A DNA stretch of 64,000 bases, from positions 379,042 through 443,041 of the forward strand of contig CAYJKP010000001.1 in assembly GCA_964371245.1 (NCBI GenBank), given 5' to 3'. Position numbers and translations under genes: made by a program. Below, in pieces: positions 40,695-50,431 of this stretch; the first letter of the stretch is position 1; the number at the start of each line of letters is the position of its first letter. The notes under the pieces are model-generated. The model was not told the origin of the DNA, did no database searches, and was given only the letters and a program-made list of their open reading frames with translations. This DNA comes from an uncultured Gammaproteobacteria bacterium (GTDB lineage: Bacteria; Patescibacteriota; Patescibacteriia; JAHIZJ01).

Positions 40695-43600
40695 AAAAAA
40701 TAACATTCGTCTTTTTAGCTCTCGTTGGGAGTTTTTTTATTACGCGAAACGTCCAGGCGGCGTACGGCGATACCACAACGTATCTCGGGAGGCCGTATGC
40801 CGGCGACGGGAGTCCGGCGGTCAGCGCCTATCTCGATTTTCCTGAAGATGTAACGGCTGACGCGAACGGTAATTTTTATATCGCCGACACCGCCAATCAC
40901 GTGATTCGAAAAATCGACACGGCCGGTAAAATCCATACCGTGGCCGGAACGGGCTCGTATGGGTCAGCCAATGGCGCTGCGAATATGGCGGAATTCGCCC
41001 TGCCGCGGGGAGTCGCCATTGACAGCAAAAAAAATATTTATGTGGCCGATTCGGGGAATAATCTTATCCGAAAGATCAATGCCTATGGCGTTGTTTCGAC
41101 GCTGGTCAGTTCGGGCTTGAACAATCCGCAGGGCGTGCTTGTTTACGGCGACGACCTCTATATCGCCGATACGGGCAATAATGCGATCAAGACGGTATCA
41201 ACCAGCGGCGGCATATTGCGCGTTCTCACGAACGACTTGAATGCTCCCAAGAAAATCGCAATCGATGGTAACGGAACATATATCTATGTAGCCGATTATG
41301 GCAGCCATAAAGTAAAGCGCGTTACCCGAAGCACGGGTAAGGTGGTAGCGATAGCCGGATCCGGGCAAGCGGCCTATGCCGAGGGAACGGGCAGCGCGGC
41401 GTCATTTCAAAATCTTTGGGGCGTCGCGTATGCCGCCGGAAAACTGTATATTAGCGACGGGGACGGCTTAAACGACAAATTGCGGCAAATTGACTTGTCA
41501 AACAATAAGACAAGCTTGTTGGCCCGCGATCTGGTTATGGCGTCGATAAATTATCCCAGCGGCCTGGTGGTTTATGGAAGTAGTGTCTATATTGCGAATT
41601 CAGGCATCGGCACTATCCAGAAGTTTAATCTCGCTGATCCATCCCATCAAAACTCGCTCTTTGCTGGTATCGAGCGTTTTGGCAATCGAAACGGCGCCGC
41701 AGTAGACGCGCTGTTCGGACGACCCTGCGATATTATTTTGAGTCCGGATCGGAAATGGCTGTATCTCGCTGAAAATAATAAGATCCGGAAAATAAACTAC
41801 GCCACAAAAACTACCAGCGCTTTGATTGGTAACAGCGTCGACAATTACAAAGATGAGACTGGTAGCAAGGCGCGCTTCAGCAATGTTACCGCGTTGGCCA
41901 TTGAATCAACCGGCAAAACTCTCTACGCCGTCGACCGCTGGAATAACCGGATCCGAAAGGTCGACATCGCCACCCAAACATCCTCGCTGGTTTCCGGCGG
42001 CGGACTGGCGCCGACCGACGGCGATGACAACAACGGCTACCGCGAAGGCGTCAAAGAGGCGGCCCGATTCAACCATCCGGCCGGTATCGCGATATCGCCC
42101 AACGACAAATATTTATATGTTACCGATTCGGGCAACAACCGGGTCCGCCGGGTAACGATCGCGACCGGCGCAACGAAGCTGGTCGCCGGCTCCGGCCAAG
42201 CCGGGTTTGCTGATGGGAAGGGGAGCCAGGCTAAGTTCAACAAACCGTATGGCTTAGCGATCAGCGCTGACGGCGCCTATTTGTTTCTGGCGGATACCAA
42301 TAATCACGCGATTCGCCGTATTACCGTGGCGGATGGCACTGTCATAACCGTGGCCGGCACGGGTTCGGCCGGTTACCGCGATGCCATCGGGACCGAATCG
42401 ATGTTCTCATATCCCGAGTACGTCAATCTCGACTCAGCCGGCAACATCTATGTGAGCGAAGTCGGCTCACAGCGAATTCGGATTATCGAAACGAACACGT
42501 ATATCACAAAATTAGTCGCCGGGTCGGGGGTGCGCGGCTATGAAAACGGCTCGCGCAGCGTGGCCCGCTTTAATAATCCCAAGGGCTTTCTTGTCGATAA
42601 AAAGAAAAATGTTATTATCGCCACCGATTCGTTTAACGATGTTTTGCGGCAGATAAATATTTCCGGCTCAGCCCCCTATACCTACAGCGCGCCGGCGCTT
42701 TCAAGCGTTCAACCTGACGTGGTGTCACCGAATTGGGATACGGGCAGCGGCTTGCGCATTAAGATAACCGGTACAAATTTCCGTAATGGGGCGACGGTTT
42801 GGTTCGGTACGTTGATGGCAACGAAAACATATGTCGTCAGTTCAACTGAACTGGTGGCAGAATTGCCGCTCGATCAGATGGCTGCCGGCCGGTACGATAT
42901 TCTGGTTAAAAATTCCGATGGCCAACCGTCACTGTTGGTCGCTCAATTCGGCCTGATGAATGACAGCGGCACGGTTCCGGATATTATCTTTTCAGCAGAT
43001 TTTGGCAGCAGCTTTTATGCCTATAGTCCGACTCTCCGCGGGGGCTTCAATATCGCGGTCGGCAATGTCGTCGGCGACGGAAAAGATGAGATTATAACCG
43101 GAACAGGCAGCGGCCTTAGTCCACAGGTGCGCGTTTTTGATGGTGAGGGTGCGGTCGTCGGTCAGTTTTTTGCCTACGACCAGGCGCTGCGGACCGGTGT
43201 CCGTGTCGCCTCATGTGATCTTGACGGTAATGGACGCGATGAAATTGTCACGGTGCCAGGACCCGGCGGACGACCGCATGTTCGGATTTTTGACGCTTAT
43301 GGAAATGTTCGCGTCGGCAGCGGGTTCTTCGCGCTTGACGGGAAGTTCATGGGTGGCGCAAACCTTGCCTGCGGTGACGTTAACGGTGACGGAAAAGGAG
43401 AAATTATCGTCGCCGCCGGAGCGGGTGGCGGGCCGCACATCACGATTCATCGGGCGGACGGACGCATGATCGGAAATTTCATGGCCTATGGCCTTAATTT
43501 CCGTGGCGGCATACGGGTGGCCACGGCCGAGCTGAATACCGACGGTAAGATGGAGATTATTACCGGGCCGGAACGCGGTGGCCCGCATCTCGAAATGTTC

Positions 43601-43942
43601 ACCGGGACAGGACACCAGATTAATCCAGGAGTATTCGCGTTTGATAAGAATTTTGGCGGTGGTTTGGCGGTGACGACCGGCGATACCAATGGCGACGGTC
43701 GCAGCGAGATGATTGTCACGCCGGGTCCGGAAGCCGCATCGTTAGTCAAGATTTACAAAGACTTTGGTTTAAACATTGTTTCGAGCTTCTATTTATACGA
43801 CCGAAGTTTTGTCGGGGCGTCAAATATTGCCGCCGGTGACATCAATGGCGACGGCCTGGCTGAAATTGTTGGCATCGCCCGATCAAACGGGACGTCGCGT
43901 GTCGTCATATTTGACGGCCTGGGCAATGAACTCGACGGCTAA
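40691..43942 (+). CDS. Secreted NHL-repeat / IPT-TIG / FG-GAP surface protein
   Basis: Signal peptide; many YIADT.N..IRKI NHL repeats; ITGTNF..GATV.FG (IPT); C-terminal GD.NGDG..EII..GPGG.P repeats. Confidence 0.88.
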   Translation: MKKITFVFLALVGSFFITRNVQAAYGDTTTYLGRPYAGDGSPAVSAYLDFPEDVTADANGNFYIADTANHVIRKIDTAGKIHTVAGTGSYGSANGAANMAEFALPRGVAIDSKKNIYVADSGNNLIRKINAYGVVSTLVSSGLNNPQGVLVYGDDLYIADTGNNAIKTVSTSGGILRVLTNDLNAPKKIAIDGNGTYIYVADYGSHKVKRVTRSTGKVVAIAGSGQAAYAEGTGSAASFQNLWGVAYAAGKLYISDGDGLNDKLRQIDLSNNKTSLLARDLVMASINYPSGLVVYGSSVYIANSGIGTIQKFNLADPSHQNSLFAGIERFGNRNGAAVDALFGRPCDIILSPDRKWLYLAENNKIRKINYATKTTSALIGNSVDNYKDETGSKARFSNVTALAIESTGKTLYAVDRWNNRIRKVDIATQTSSLVSGGGLAPTDGDDNNGYREGVKEAARFNHPAGIAISPNDKYLYVTDSGNNRVRRVTIATGATKLVAGSGQAGFADGKGSQAKFNKPYGLAISADGAYLFLADTNNHAIRRITVADGTVITVAGTGSAGYRDAIGTESMFSYPEYVNLDSAGNIYVSEVGSQRIRIIETNTYITKLVAGSGVRGYENGSRSVARFNNPKGFLVDKKKNVIIATDSFNDVLRQINISGSAPYTYSAPALSSVQPDVVSPNWDTGSGLRIKITGTNFRNGATVWFGTLMATKTYVVSSTELVAELPLDQMAAGRYDILVKNSDGQPSLLVAQFGLMNDSGTVPDIIFSADFGSSFYAYSPTLRGGFNIAVGNVVGDGKDEIITGTGSGLSPQVRVFDGEGAVVGQFFAYDQALRTGVRVASCDLDGNGRDEIVTVPGPGGRPHVRIFDAYGNVRVGSGFFALDGKFMGGANLACGDVNGDGKGEIIVAAGAGGGPHITIHRADGRMIGNFMAYGLNFRGGIRVATAELNTDGKMEIITGPERGGPHLEMFTGTGHQINPGVFAFDKNFGGGLAVTTGDTNGDGRSEMIVTPGPEAASLVKIYKDFGLNIVSSFYLYDRSFVGASNIAAGDINGDGLAEIVGIARSNGTSRVVIFDGLGNELDG

Positions 43943-43953
43943 CGCGGTAAAAA

Positions 43954-43980
43954 TAAAAAACCGTCTCAAACGGTTTTTTA
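43954..43980. terminator. Bidirectional terminator
   Basis: TAAAAAACCGT-CTCAA-ACGGTTTTTTA between convergent genes. Confidence 0.8.
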
Positions 43981-43987
43981 ATTGTAA

Positions 43988-44064
43988 TGGCGGAGCGGAC
44001 GGGACTCGAACCCGCGACCTCTGCCGTGACAGGGCAGCGTTCTAACCAACTGAACTACCGCTCC
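43988..44064 (-). tRNA. tRNA-Asp (GTC)
   Basis: Reverse complement GGAGCGGTAGTTCAGTTGGTTAGAACGCTGCCCTGTCACGGCAGAGGTCGCGGGTTCGAGTCCCGTCCGCTCCGCCA; 77 nt, encoded CCA. Confidence 0.98.
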
Positions 44065-44134
44065 AAAATCAAGAGATAAAAAAAGACACATCTATCATAT
44101 TGGTTTTCCTGGGCATTGTCAAGAAATAATACGT

Positions 44135-44524
44135 ATGAAAACGAAACTTATTGTCTGGTTGCCGCCGATTATCTGGGCTGTATTTGTTTTTCTGCTCTCG
44201 TCGCTCCCAAGCGTTACCGTTGAGGCGCTCGGGACGTGGGACTATTTCTTCCGAAAAATATGGCACATGATCGAATACGCCGTCTTAGCAGTGTTATTCG
44301 CCAGACTTGGAATATGCAAAAAGCTACCCAATCGGGAGGTCTATATTATCAGCATCATCGGCGCGTTTTGCTATGCGCTAACTGATGAATGGCACCAAAC
44401 ATTTGTAGTTGGTCGGGTTGGCACGCCCATTGATGTTGGCATTGACACGCTGGGCGCGATCGCCGGCGTTATGCTCTATGCTCGAATCAAAAGGTCAAAA
44501 GGGATAAGCACCGGGTTTAAATAG
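44135..44524 (+). CDS. VanZ family membrane protein
   Basis: RKIWHMIEYAVL, YALTDEWHQTFV.GR...DVGID..G. Confidence 0.9.
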   Translation: MKTKLIVWLPPIIWAVFVFLLSSLPSVTVEALGTWDYFFRKIWHMIEYAVLAVLFARLGICKKLPNREVYIISIIGAFCYALTDEWHQTFVVGRVGTPIDVGIDTLGAIAGVMLYARIKRSKGISTGFK

Positions 44525-44759
44525 TTTTTTCCGGCTCCTTTTTTGCAAGTTTTTCTTTGATTTTTCCTAGTCTTGACGTCACTATGACGGCCACCACGGT
44601 GACAGCCACGGCATAGACGAACAGCGATATAATACCGCCCGCCTTACCGAAGATTTCCTTAAAAAGCGTTTGGATTGCCTCATTCCAAGCTAATGCGGCA
44701 ACGAGACCGAAAGCCGAAGTGGCTAATGTAACCATTTGGTCAAATACTTGTTTACTCAT
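44517..44759 (-). CDS. DUF5654 family small membrane protein
   Basis: L.TSAFGLVAALAWNEAI...YAV.VT. Confidence 0.85.
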   Translation of the reverse strand: MSKQVFDQMVTLATSAFGLVAALAWNEAIQTLFKEIFGKAGGIISLFVYAVAVTVVAVIVTSRLGKIKEKLAKKEPEKTI

Positions 44760-44930
44760 AGGTTCGTAGTTAGTGGTTAATCTGCCTCAATATAGATTAG
44801 CAAAGATTGTTGTCGGAAGCCAGCAACGAAAAAAACAGACGATCAACACTGGACAATCGAATTCAGTTGTGATAGTGTGTCCGGTGTTCACGTTCGTCGG
44901 TTGGTTATTGCTTATCGCCAGGAGGGGTTG

Positions 44931-45299
44931 ATGGAGCAAGCGACGACATCGTCCTTTTTCCTTGGGCATCTGATTCAGGGCGCGCACCTGACAGAAGCTG
45001 ATGGCAGCGCTGACAAACTGTTTGTGCTGCTGACGTACCGCACCCGGATGCGTCCACATCATGGGCAGGATCTTGAGGTAGCGATGATGGCGCTGGCGGC
45101 GGCTCGTCAGATCGGCCATTCGGTTGATGAGCTGTCGAATTGGATCCGACGCATGTGCGAACGGGTGCTGGCCAATCCGGACGCGATCGCCGAGGTGAGT
45201 TCCATTTTCGAACAGACGCCGATGACGGGCAACGAGACCGAACTGCTCGATTGGTTCCGCCAGGCGCTCGCCCGGGTACAAGGTCTTTCGCGCTGCTAG
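44931..45299 (+). CDS. Hypothetical GC-rich ORFan
   Basis: SD GGAGGGG before ATG; upstream TGGACA-16nt-TAGTGT promoter-like sequence. Confidence 0.6.
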   Translation: MEQATTSSFFLGHLIQGAHLTEADGSADKLFVLLTYRTRMRPHHGQDLEVAMMALAAARQIGHSVDELSNWIRRMCERVLANPDAIAEVSSIFEQTPMTGNETELLDWFRQALARVQGLSRC

Positions 45300-45376
45300 T
45301 TTGGCTCTCGCATCAGTCCGATGCTTGAGCTGTTTTTTTTACCAAAACATGGTATAGTAAAAGTCGAGGAATATAT

Positions 45377-45673
45377 ATGAACCAACCAATACCGCTATTT
45401 CATTGGTTCCAGGCCGCCCTTGAATATGCCATACCTGTTTATTTGGCTGTCATTGTTGTATGCATCTTTGTCAAAAAAGCCAGAAAATACGACATCATTG
45501 TGACGCTCGGAGCGATCATCCTGATTGGTGCATCATTGTTTCGACTCATGGCCTGGGGACGGACAATCGTTAATACGGATCGGTCGCTGCATTATCTGAC
45601 GTTGATTGTGGGGTTATTGTTACTTACTAAGCTGTACGAAAAAGCGAAGAGCCAAAATAAACCATGGATCTAA
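45377..45673 (+). CDS. Small membrane protein
   Basis: Three hydrophobic helices. Confidence 0.65.
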   Translation: MNQPIPLFHWFQAALEYAIPVYLAVIVVCIFVKKARKYDIIVTLGAIILIGASLFRLMAWGRTIVNTDRSLHYLTLIVGLLLLTKLYEKAKSQNKPWI

Positions 45674-45709
45674 ACAACACGTATTTAATAAGAGTATCCA
45701 TTTGAAAAT

Positions 45710-46096
45710 ATGTTTATTGCGCTCATCCTCGTTGCCTTCGGCGCGACGTTACTACTAAAGAATATCGGTGTTATCACGGGCGGGATTTGGCATATCCTCT
45801 GGCCTCTTTTTATCATCATTTTCGGCTTGACGATAATATTCAAACAACGTCGTCGAAAACATTGGTGGGATTTTTTTGAAAATCGTACCACGGAAGATTG
45901 GGAACAATGGGGAAAAGGCTTAGGACAGCATTTTGAGGAATGGGGTCGGCGAGTCGAGCGTTCCTATCGTGGACATCCTGATGAATGGGAAAATGAAATT
46001 GGCCAGCGAATAGAACGAAAAATAAAAAGCTATTTCGAACGAACAAACTCGGCAAAGGGACAAAATCAAAACAACGACCCGGGAAAGACTCAATAA
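45710..46096 (+). CDS. DUF5668-like membrane protein
   Basis: LIL..FG..LLKN.G.I....W..LWP..II..G. Confidence 0.7.
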   Translation: MFIALILVAFGATLLLKNIGVITGGIWHILWPLFIIIFGLTIIFKQRRRKHWWDFFENRTTEDWEQWGKGLGQHFEEWGRRVERSYRGHPDEWENEIGQRIERKIKSYFERTNSAKGQNQNNDPGKTQ

Positions 46097-46107
46097 TCAT
46101 ACGCACG

Positions 46108-46377
46108 ATGATTAATTTTCATGACATCCCAGTGTGTCAAAGCTGCAGTATGCCACTGGCAAAAACTGAAGATTTCGGCACGAATACAGACGGCAGCGCC
46201 AACAGCGACTACTGTATAAATTGCTTTTCTGGGGGCGCATTCCGGCAAGCGAACATGACGAAGGACGAAATGGTTGATCAGGTAACAGAATTATTGGCGC
46301 AAACGGAAAAAGCACCGATTGAACAGGTGCGTCTCGCCGTAGACCGTCGGATTCGAAATCTCCGTCGTTGGCAATAA
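46108..46377 (+). CDS. Putative zinc ribbon domain protein
   Basis: CQSCSMP...GTN.DGS...DYC..C, C-terminal L.RW. Confidence 0.88.
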   Translation: MINFHDIPVCQSCSMPLAKTEDFGTNTDGSANSDYCINCFSGGAFRQANMTKDEMVDQVTELLAQTEKAPIEQVRLAVDRRIRNLRRWQ

Positions 46378-46400
46378 AACTTCGGGCGTCTATTCTATTA

Positions 46401-47360
46401 ATGGAAACTGAATCAATACTCAGACATTATCATGTCGGTACCGTAACCTCGGTCGTTCCGCTGAGTGTTGGTGCGATACACGAAACATATAAAATTGCGA
46501 CCGAAACCGGCATCTATATCGCACGAATTTTTGAGACCGAAAAAATTGAATCGGCCATCGCGTTTGAATTGACGGTATTGCAGTACCTCGCGAAAAATAA
46601 TTTCATCGCCCCGAAGCCGATTGAAACGATTGATGGACGGTTATATGATCGCGAAAAAAATTATTTTGCACTCTATGATTATATCCCGGGCCACGCCCTG
46701 AAGGGTCCGGAACTGTCAATCGATCATGTCCACTCAGTCGGCGAGACGCTTGGTTGGTTTCATGAGCTTCTGTCGAATTATCATGTACCAGAAACAAAAC
46801 CAAGGCTTGATTGGCAAACAATCTGGACAAAGTGTGAGCAGGCCGAAAAGGCGACCCATCGCACTGAGACGAATGAAACGTTTAGTCGAATACAAAAAGC
46901 GCTTCTTGAATCGCGCCTGCCGGAAAGCTTGCCAACCGGTATTGTCCACGGCGACCTGCATGATCAAAATGTTGTTTTTCGCCATGGCCACGTCTCTGGT
47001 GTGCTTGACTTCGACCAATGCACATATGGAACGATCATCGCTGACGTCGCCACCGAAATTGTCTGGTGGTGCTTTCGCGATACCTCATACCACGCCCATC
47101 TGGCCCAAGCGTTTTTAAAAGGGTATCAGAGCCAGCGAACGATTACTACGGAAGAAATCCAATCCCTCTGGTTAGCGTTAAAATTTGCGATTACACGTTT
47201 AGAGCTTATTGCCCTTGAACGGGATCAGCGGTCACGAGAACAATTTGAAACCTATGCTTCCAGAAGCGATAAAATAACGCCACAATATTTTCAAGCAATC
47301 TATTCGTATATCATTGAAAAAAAAGAACGCATCGTTGATTCATTATCGTTTTTGTTATGA
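46401..47360 (+). CDS. APH/homoserine kinase type II family phosphotransferase
   Basis: LPTGIVHGDLHDQNV, GVLDFD. Confidence 0.85.
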   Translation: METESILRHYHVGTVTSVVPLSVGAIHETYKIATETGIYIARIFETEKIESAIAFELTVLQYLAKNNFIAPKPIETIDGRLYDREKNYFALYDYIPGHALKGPELSIDHVHSVGETLGWFHELLSNYHVPETKPRLDWQTIWTKCEQAEKATHRTETNETFSRIQKALLESRLPESLPTGIVHGDLHDQNVVFRHGHVSGVLDFDQCTYGTIIADVATEIVWWCFRDTSYHAHLAQAFLKGYQSQRTITTEEIQSLWLALKFAITRLELIALERDQRSREQFETYASRSDKITPQYFQAIYSYIIEKKERIVDSLSFLL

Positions 47361-47503
47361 CGCAACGATGTAAAAAATGTCAGAAAAAATATGAAGACGG
47401 CAGCGACGGCTTTTGCCGCCATTGTCTAAATGGTGAACAGAAGAAAATTCTCGGTCGCTGGAACAACCTCGGTAGTGAAAAGCCAAAGGGGAAAACCGTT
47501 TGA
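47357..47503 (+). CDS. 48-aa CxxC-CxxC zinc-finger microprotein (not in ORF track)
   Basis: MTQRCKKCQKKYEDGSDGFCRHCLNGEQKKILGRWNNLGSEKPKGKTV; ATGA overlap with the upstream stop. Confidence 0.55.
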   Translation: MTQRCKKCQKKYEDGSDGFCRHCLNGEQKKILGRWNNLGSEKPKGKTV

Positions 47504-47546
47504 TTTTTTTAATAAAATATGCTATAATGTAAATAGGAAAACAAAA

Positions 47547-48686
47547 ATGAAAGATAAAAGCCTATATCGGTCAATAGCGATTGTCATCGGTACGGCAATC
47601 GGTGCTGGTATTTTTGCCTTACCATATGCCTTTATGAAAGCCGGGTATTTCGCCGGGATTTTTTATTTGATTGCCCTCGGCATTATTTCCCTTGTGCTCC
47701 TTAAGGCCTACGGTGAAGTGGTCTTACGCACGAATGAGCGGTCGCAAATTATTGGCTATGTTCAGCGTTATCTCGGTCCCTGGGGCAGGGGAATATCCCT
47801 GATTTCATTTCTTTTTGGAATTACTGGTGCACTCATCGCCTATACACTTCAAATTGGGCGGTTTTTAGAGATACTGATCGGCGATCGGCTTGGCGGCAAC
47901 GCTTTTATTTACGGTCTGTGTTTTTACGGCATTGCGAGCCTCATCATTCTTATTGGTTTACGGCTCGTTGCCAGGTTTGAGCAATACTTAGTGACGCTCC
48001 TCATTCTCTTGGTGGCGTTTATTATTTTAGTTGGTTTGCCGAAAGTAAACGTAACAAACCTATTCACGCTGGATGCGACAAGTTTGTTTTTACCCTACGG
48101 TGTTGTTTTGTTTGCCTTAAGTGCGGCGTCAGCGATTCCTGATTCCATTGACGCACTGCCGGACCGAAAAAAACTATCAAAAGTTCTTACGATCGGTTTA
48201 CTCGTTCCGCTCATCGTCTACACGCTTTTTACGCTGGTGGTTGTCGGGATCAGCGGCGCCTTTACTGACGAAGCGGCCATCCCCGGACTGACGCCCATGC
48301 TTGGACAAGGCATTGTCGCTGTTGGCGCGCTTCTTGGAATTATGACCATGACAACAGCTTTCCTTAGCCTTGGTCTTGTTATCCGTGAGATTTATCAATT
48401 TGATTTAAAATTTCCAAAAGCATTAGCCTGGCTTGCCGGTTTAACGCCGCCGATTATTGTCTATCTCTTTCATCTGACCAGTTTCATCTCAATTATTAGT
48501 TTAGTCGGTGGTGTCATGGGTGGTTTCGATGGTATTTTGATCATTCTCATGTGGCGGAAGGCAAAGAAGTATGGCAATCGCCAACCGGAATGCACGATCG
48601 ATATCCCAAACTGGTTACAAGGCGTTATGATTTTGATATTTGCGCTCGGAATCGTCTACGAGATGTATTTTAATGTGTTGCATTAG
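47547..48686 (+). CDS. Aromatic amino acid (Trp/Tyr-type) permease family
   Basis: IGTAIGAGIFALP, LPYGVVLFA, TTAFL; about 11 TM. Confidence 0.85.
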   Translation: MKDKSLYRSIAIVIGTAIGAGIFALPYAFMKAGYFAGIFYLIALGIISLVLLKAYGEVVLRTNERSQIIGYVQRYLGPWGRGISLISFLFGITGALIAYTLQIGRFLEILIGDRLGGNAFIYGLCFYGIASLIILIGLRLVARFEQYLVTLLILLVAFIILVGLPKVNVTNLFTLDATSLFLPYGVVLFALSAASAIPDSIDALPDRKKLSKVLTIGLLVPLIVYTLFTLVVVGISGAFTDEAAIPGLTPMLGQGIVAVGALLGIMTMTTAFLSLGLVIREIYQFDLKFPKALAWLAGLTPPIIVYLFHLTSFISIISLVGGVMGGFDGILIILMWRKAKKYGNRQPECTIDIPNWLQGVMILIFALGIVYEMYFNVLH

Positions 48687-48905
48687 GTAAATACAATAGA
48701 AGACAAACGATCAATGAACAATATATTTGTTCATTGTTTTCGTTTCCCTTGACAAAAAAGAAAATAATATATCGAAATAAATGATAGAAAGAAGAATTAT
48801 CTGCATGATTAGCGCAAGTTGCGAAAATTAAGACACGTTATCCACTTGACGTTACGAAGCGATGGGATGATGGTGAAATCACATACTTATTTGACGGGAG
48901 GGATT

Positions 48906-49088
48906 ATGACAAGCCGAGACACGCTCCTGAGAGTTCTTGACCAGCAGGTCGAGAATCTCTACATTATCAAGCGTCCAAGGCAACATCCCTGTCCAGCCTG
49001 CGGTGCGCTGACATTCCATCTCTGGGTGTGTCGCAACTGCCTGAACCGACAGGCAGAAGAATATTTCAAAAAACGGCACGCTGCTTAG
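48906..49088 (+). CDS. 60-aa zinc-ribbon protein (L32-like C-terminal motif)
   Basis: SD GGGAGGG; CPACG....H.WVCRNC. Confidence 0.55.
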   Translation: MTSRDTLLRVLDQQVENLYIIKRPRQHPCPACGALTFHLWVCRNCLNRQAEEYFKKRHAA

Positions 49089-50353
49089 GACAAAAGCGGG
49101 TCAACCTCAAGGCGGTTGAGCTCAACTGCTTGGGCTGGTTGTGTCTTCCGGAAGCCGATCCGATCGGGCGCGTTTCGATCAGTTTCCCACATGCTACCCA
49201 AATAAATTGTAAACTCACCATAGACGTCGTTTATTTCATCTAGGGCGTTTGACAGCGCCGTATTTTTTTTCTCAGATGAAGACCAGAGCGAGAGCTGGTG
49301 TGAATGCGGTACGAGCCGAAAAGCCGTCACCGCCAGCATGCTGATGGGACGGCCGGCGAAGGAGCGACGGAAGATGGCCATCACTTGGTGAAAGATGTTG
49401 GCGGTGTCAGCGATTGGATACGGCAGAGTTTGGTGGCCGCTAAAGCCTCCACCCGTGCTGTAGCTCCAATAGACGCTGATGCCGCGGGCGACGCGTTTTT
49501 GCTGGCGCAGGCGACGGCCGACTTTTTCGCACAGCTTCATAAAAATTTTACGGTGATAGGCGGGATCGGCAGTTTTGATCGGAACACAGTATGAGTGGCC
49601 GATCGATTTTGGCTCAGTGGGCTGTTGAACGCCGCCCAGCTCGAGGCCGTGAAGGTTGGCCCAGAGATAATACCCGGGCTTGCCCAAAGATTGCAGAAGG
49701 TTGGCAACCGGATAGCGATACAGCTGGCCGGGCGTGAAGATGCCGAGGGCGTTCAGCCGCGCTTCCAAACGGTGGTTAATGCCCCAGATGTCCGTAAGCG
49801 ATATGCGTTCGTAAAAATCAAACAGATCATCCCTTGAAAGCGGCAAAACGCTCTGTGGGCCAGTGTAATCAGAAGCGAGCTTGGCCAGAAAGCGGGTGAA
49901 GGAGAGGCCGATTGATGAACGCAACCATTCGCCGACCTCGGTAGTAATTTCGTGTTGAATGCGAGACGCTAAACGGCCGGCTTCAGACAAGCCCGAAACA
50001 TGGCCGGTTAGATCGAGAAACGCCTCGTCAATGCTGTATGGCTCAACATCATTCGTATACCGTTTTAAAATAGTGAATATCTTTTCGGTCGTCGAGCGGT
50101 ACTTGGCCGGGTCATTTTGGATCAGAATAACCTTTGGGTAGAGCTGGCGAGCGTCGCGGACGCGGCAGCCGGTTTTAATGCCGACCTTTTTTGCTTCGAT
50201 CGACGAGGCAATAATACAGCCATTCTCACTCAGATAGGCGCAGACGCCGACCGGCTTGCCGCGCAAAAACGGATTTGCCTGCTGCTCAACCGAGGCGAAA
50301 TAGCTGTTCATGTCGATGTGGAGGATGATTTTTTTTGTATTTTGTTCTAACAT
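49085..50353 (-). CDS. dinB: DNA polymerase IV (Y-family)
   Basis: ILHIDMNSYFASVE, IIASSIEAK..G, YSIDEAFLD, LAKLASD, KSIGHS; ATG at MLEQ. Confidence 0.93.
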   Translation of the reverse strand: MLEQNTKKIILHIDMNSYFASVEQQANPFLRGKPVGVCAYLSENGCIIASSIEAKKVGIKTGCRVRDARQLYPKVILIQNDPAKYRSTTEKIFTILKRYTNDVEPYSIDEAFLDLTGHVSGLSEAGRLASRIQHEITTEVGEWLRSSIGLSFTRFLAKLASDYTGPQSVLPLSRDDLFDFYERISLTDIWGINHRLEARLNALGIFTPGQLYRYPVANLLQSLGKPGYYLWANLHGLELGGVQQPTEPKSIGHSYCVPIKTADPAYHRKIFMKLCEKVGRRLRQQKRVARGISVYWSYSTGGGFSGHQTLPYPIADTANIFHQVMAIFRRSFAGRPISMLAVTAFRLVPHSHQLSLWSSSEKKNTALSNALDEINDVYGEFTIYLGSMWETDRNAPDRIGFRKTQPAQAVELNRLEVDPLLS

Positions 50354-50397
50354 AAGCCATTTAAATAATCTTTCCACACCTTATGCAGTCCTGTTTC

Positions 50398-50425
50398 TTG
50401 ACAGGCAAATAGGGCATGGTAGTAT
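50398..50425 (+). promoter_or_regulatory. sigma70 promoter of ncRNA-1
   Basis: TTGACA-16nt-TAGTAT with TG extension. Confidence 0.75.
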
Positions 50426-50431
50426 GAAAGT

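Noticed and set aside
43988-44064. Integrated prophage or genomic island at tRNA-Asp
   Set aside because: No integrase or duplicated tRNA 3' end was noticed, and the flanking genes are ordinary chromosomal types.
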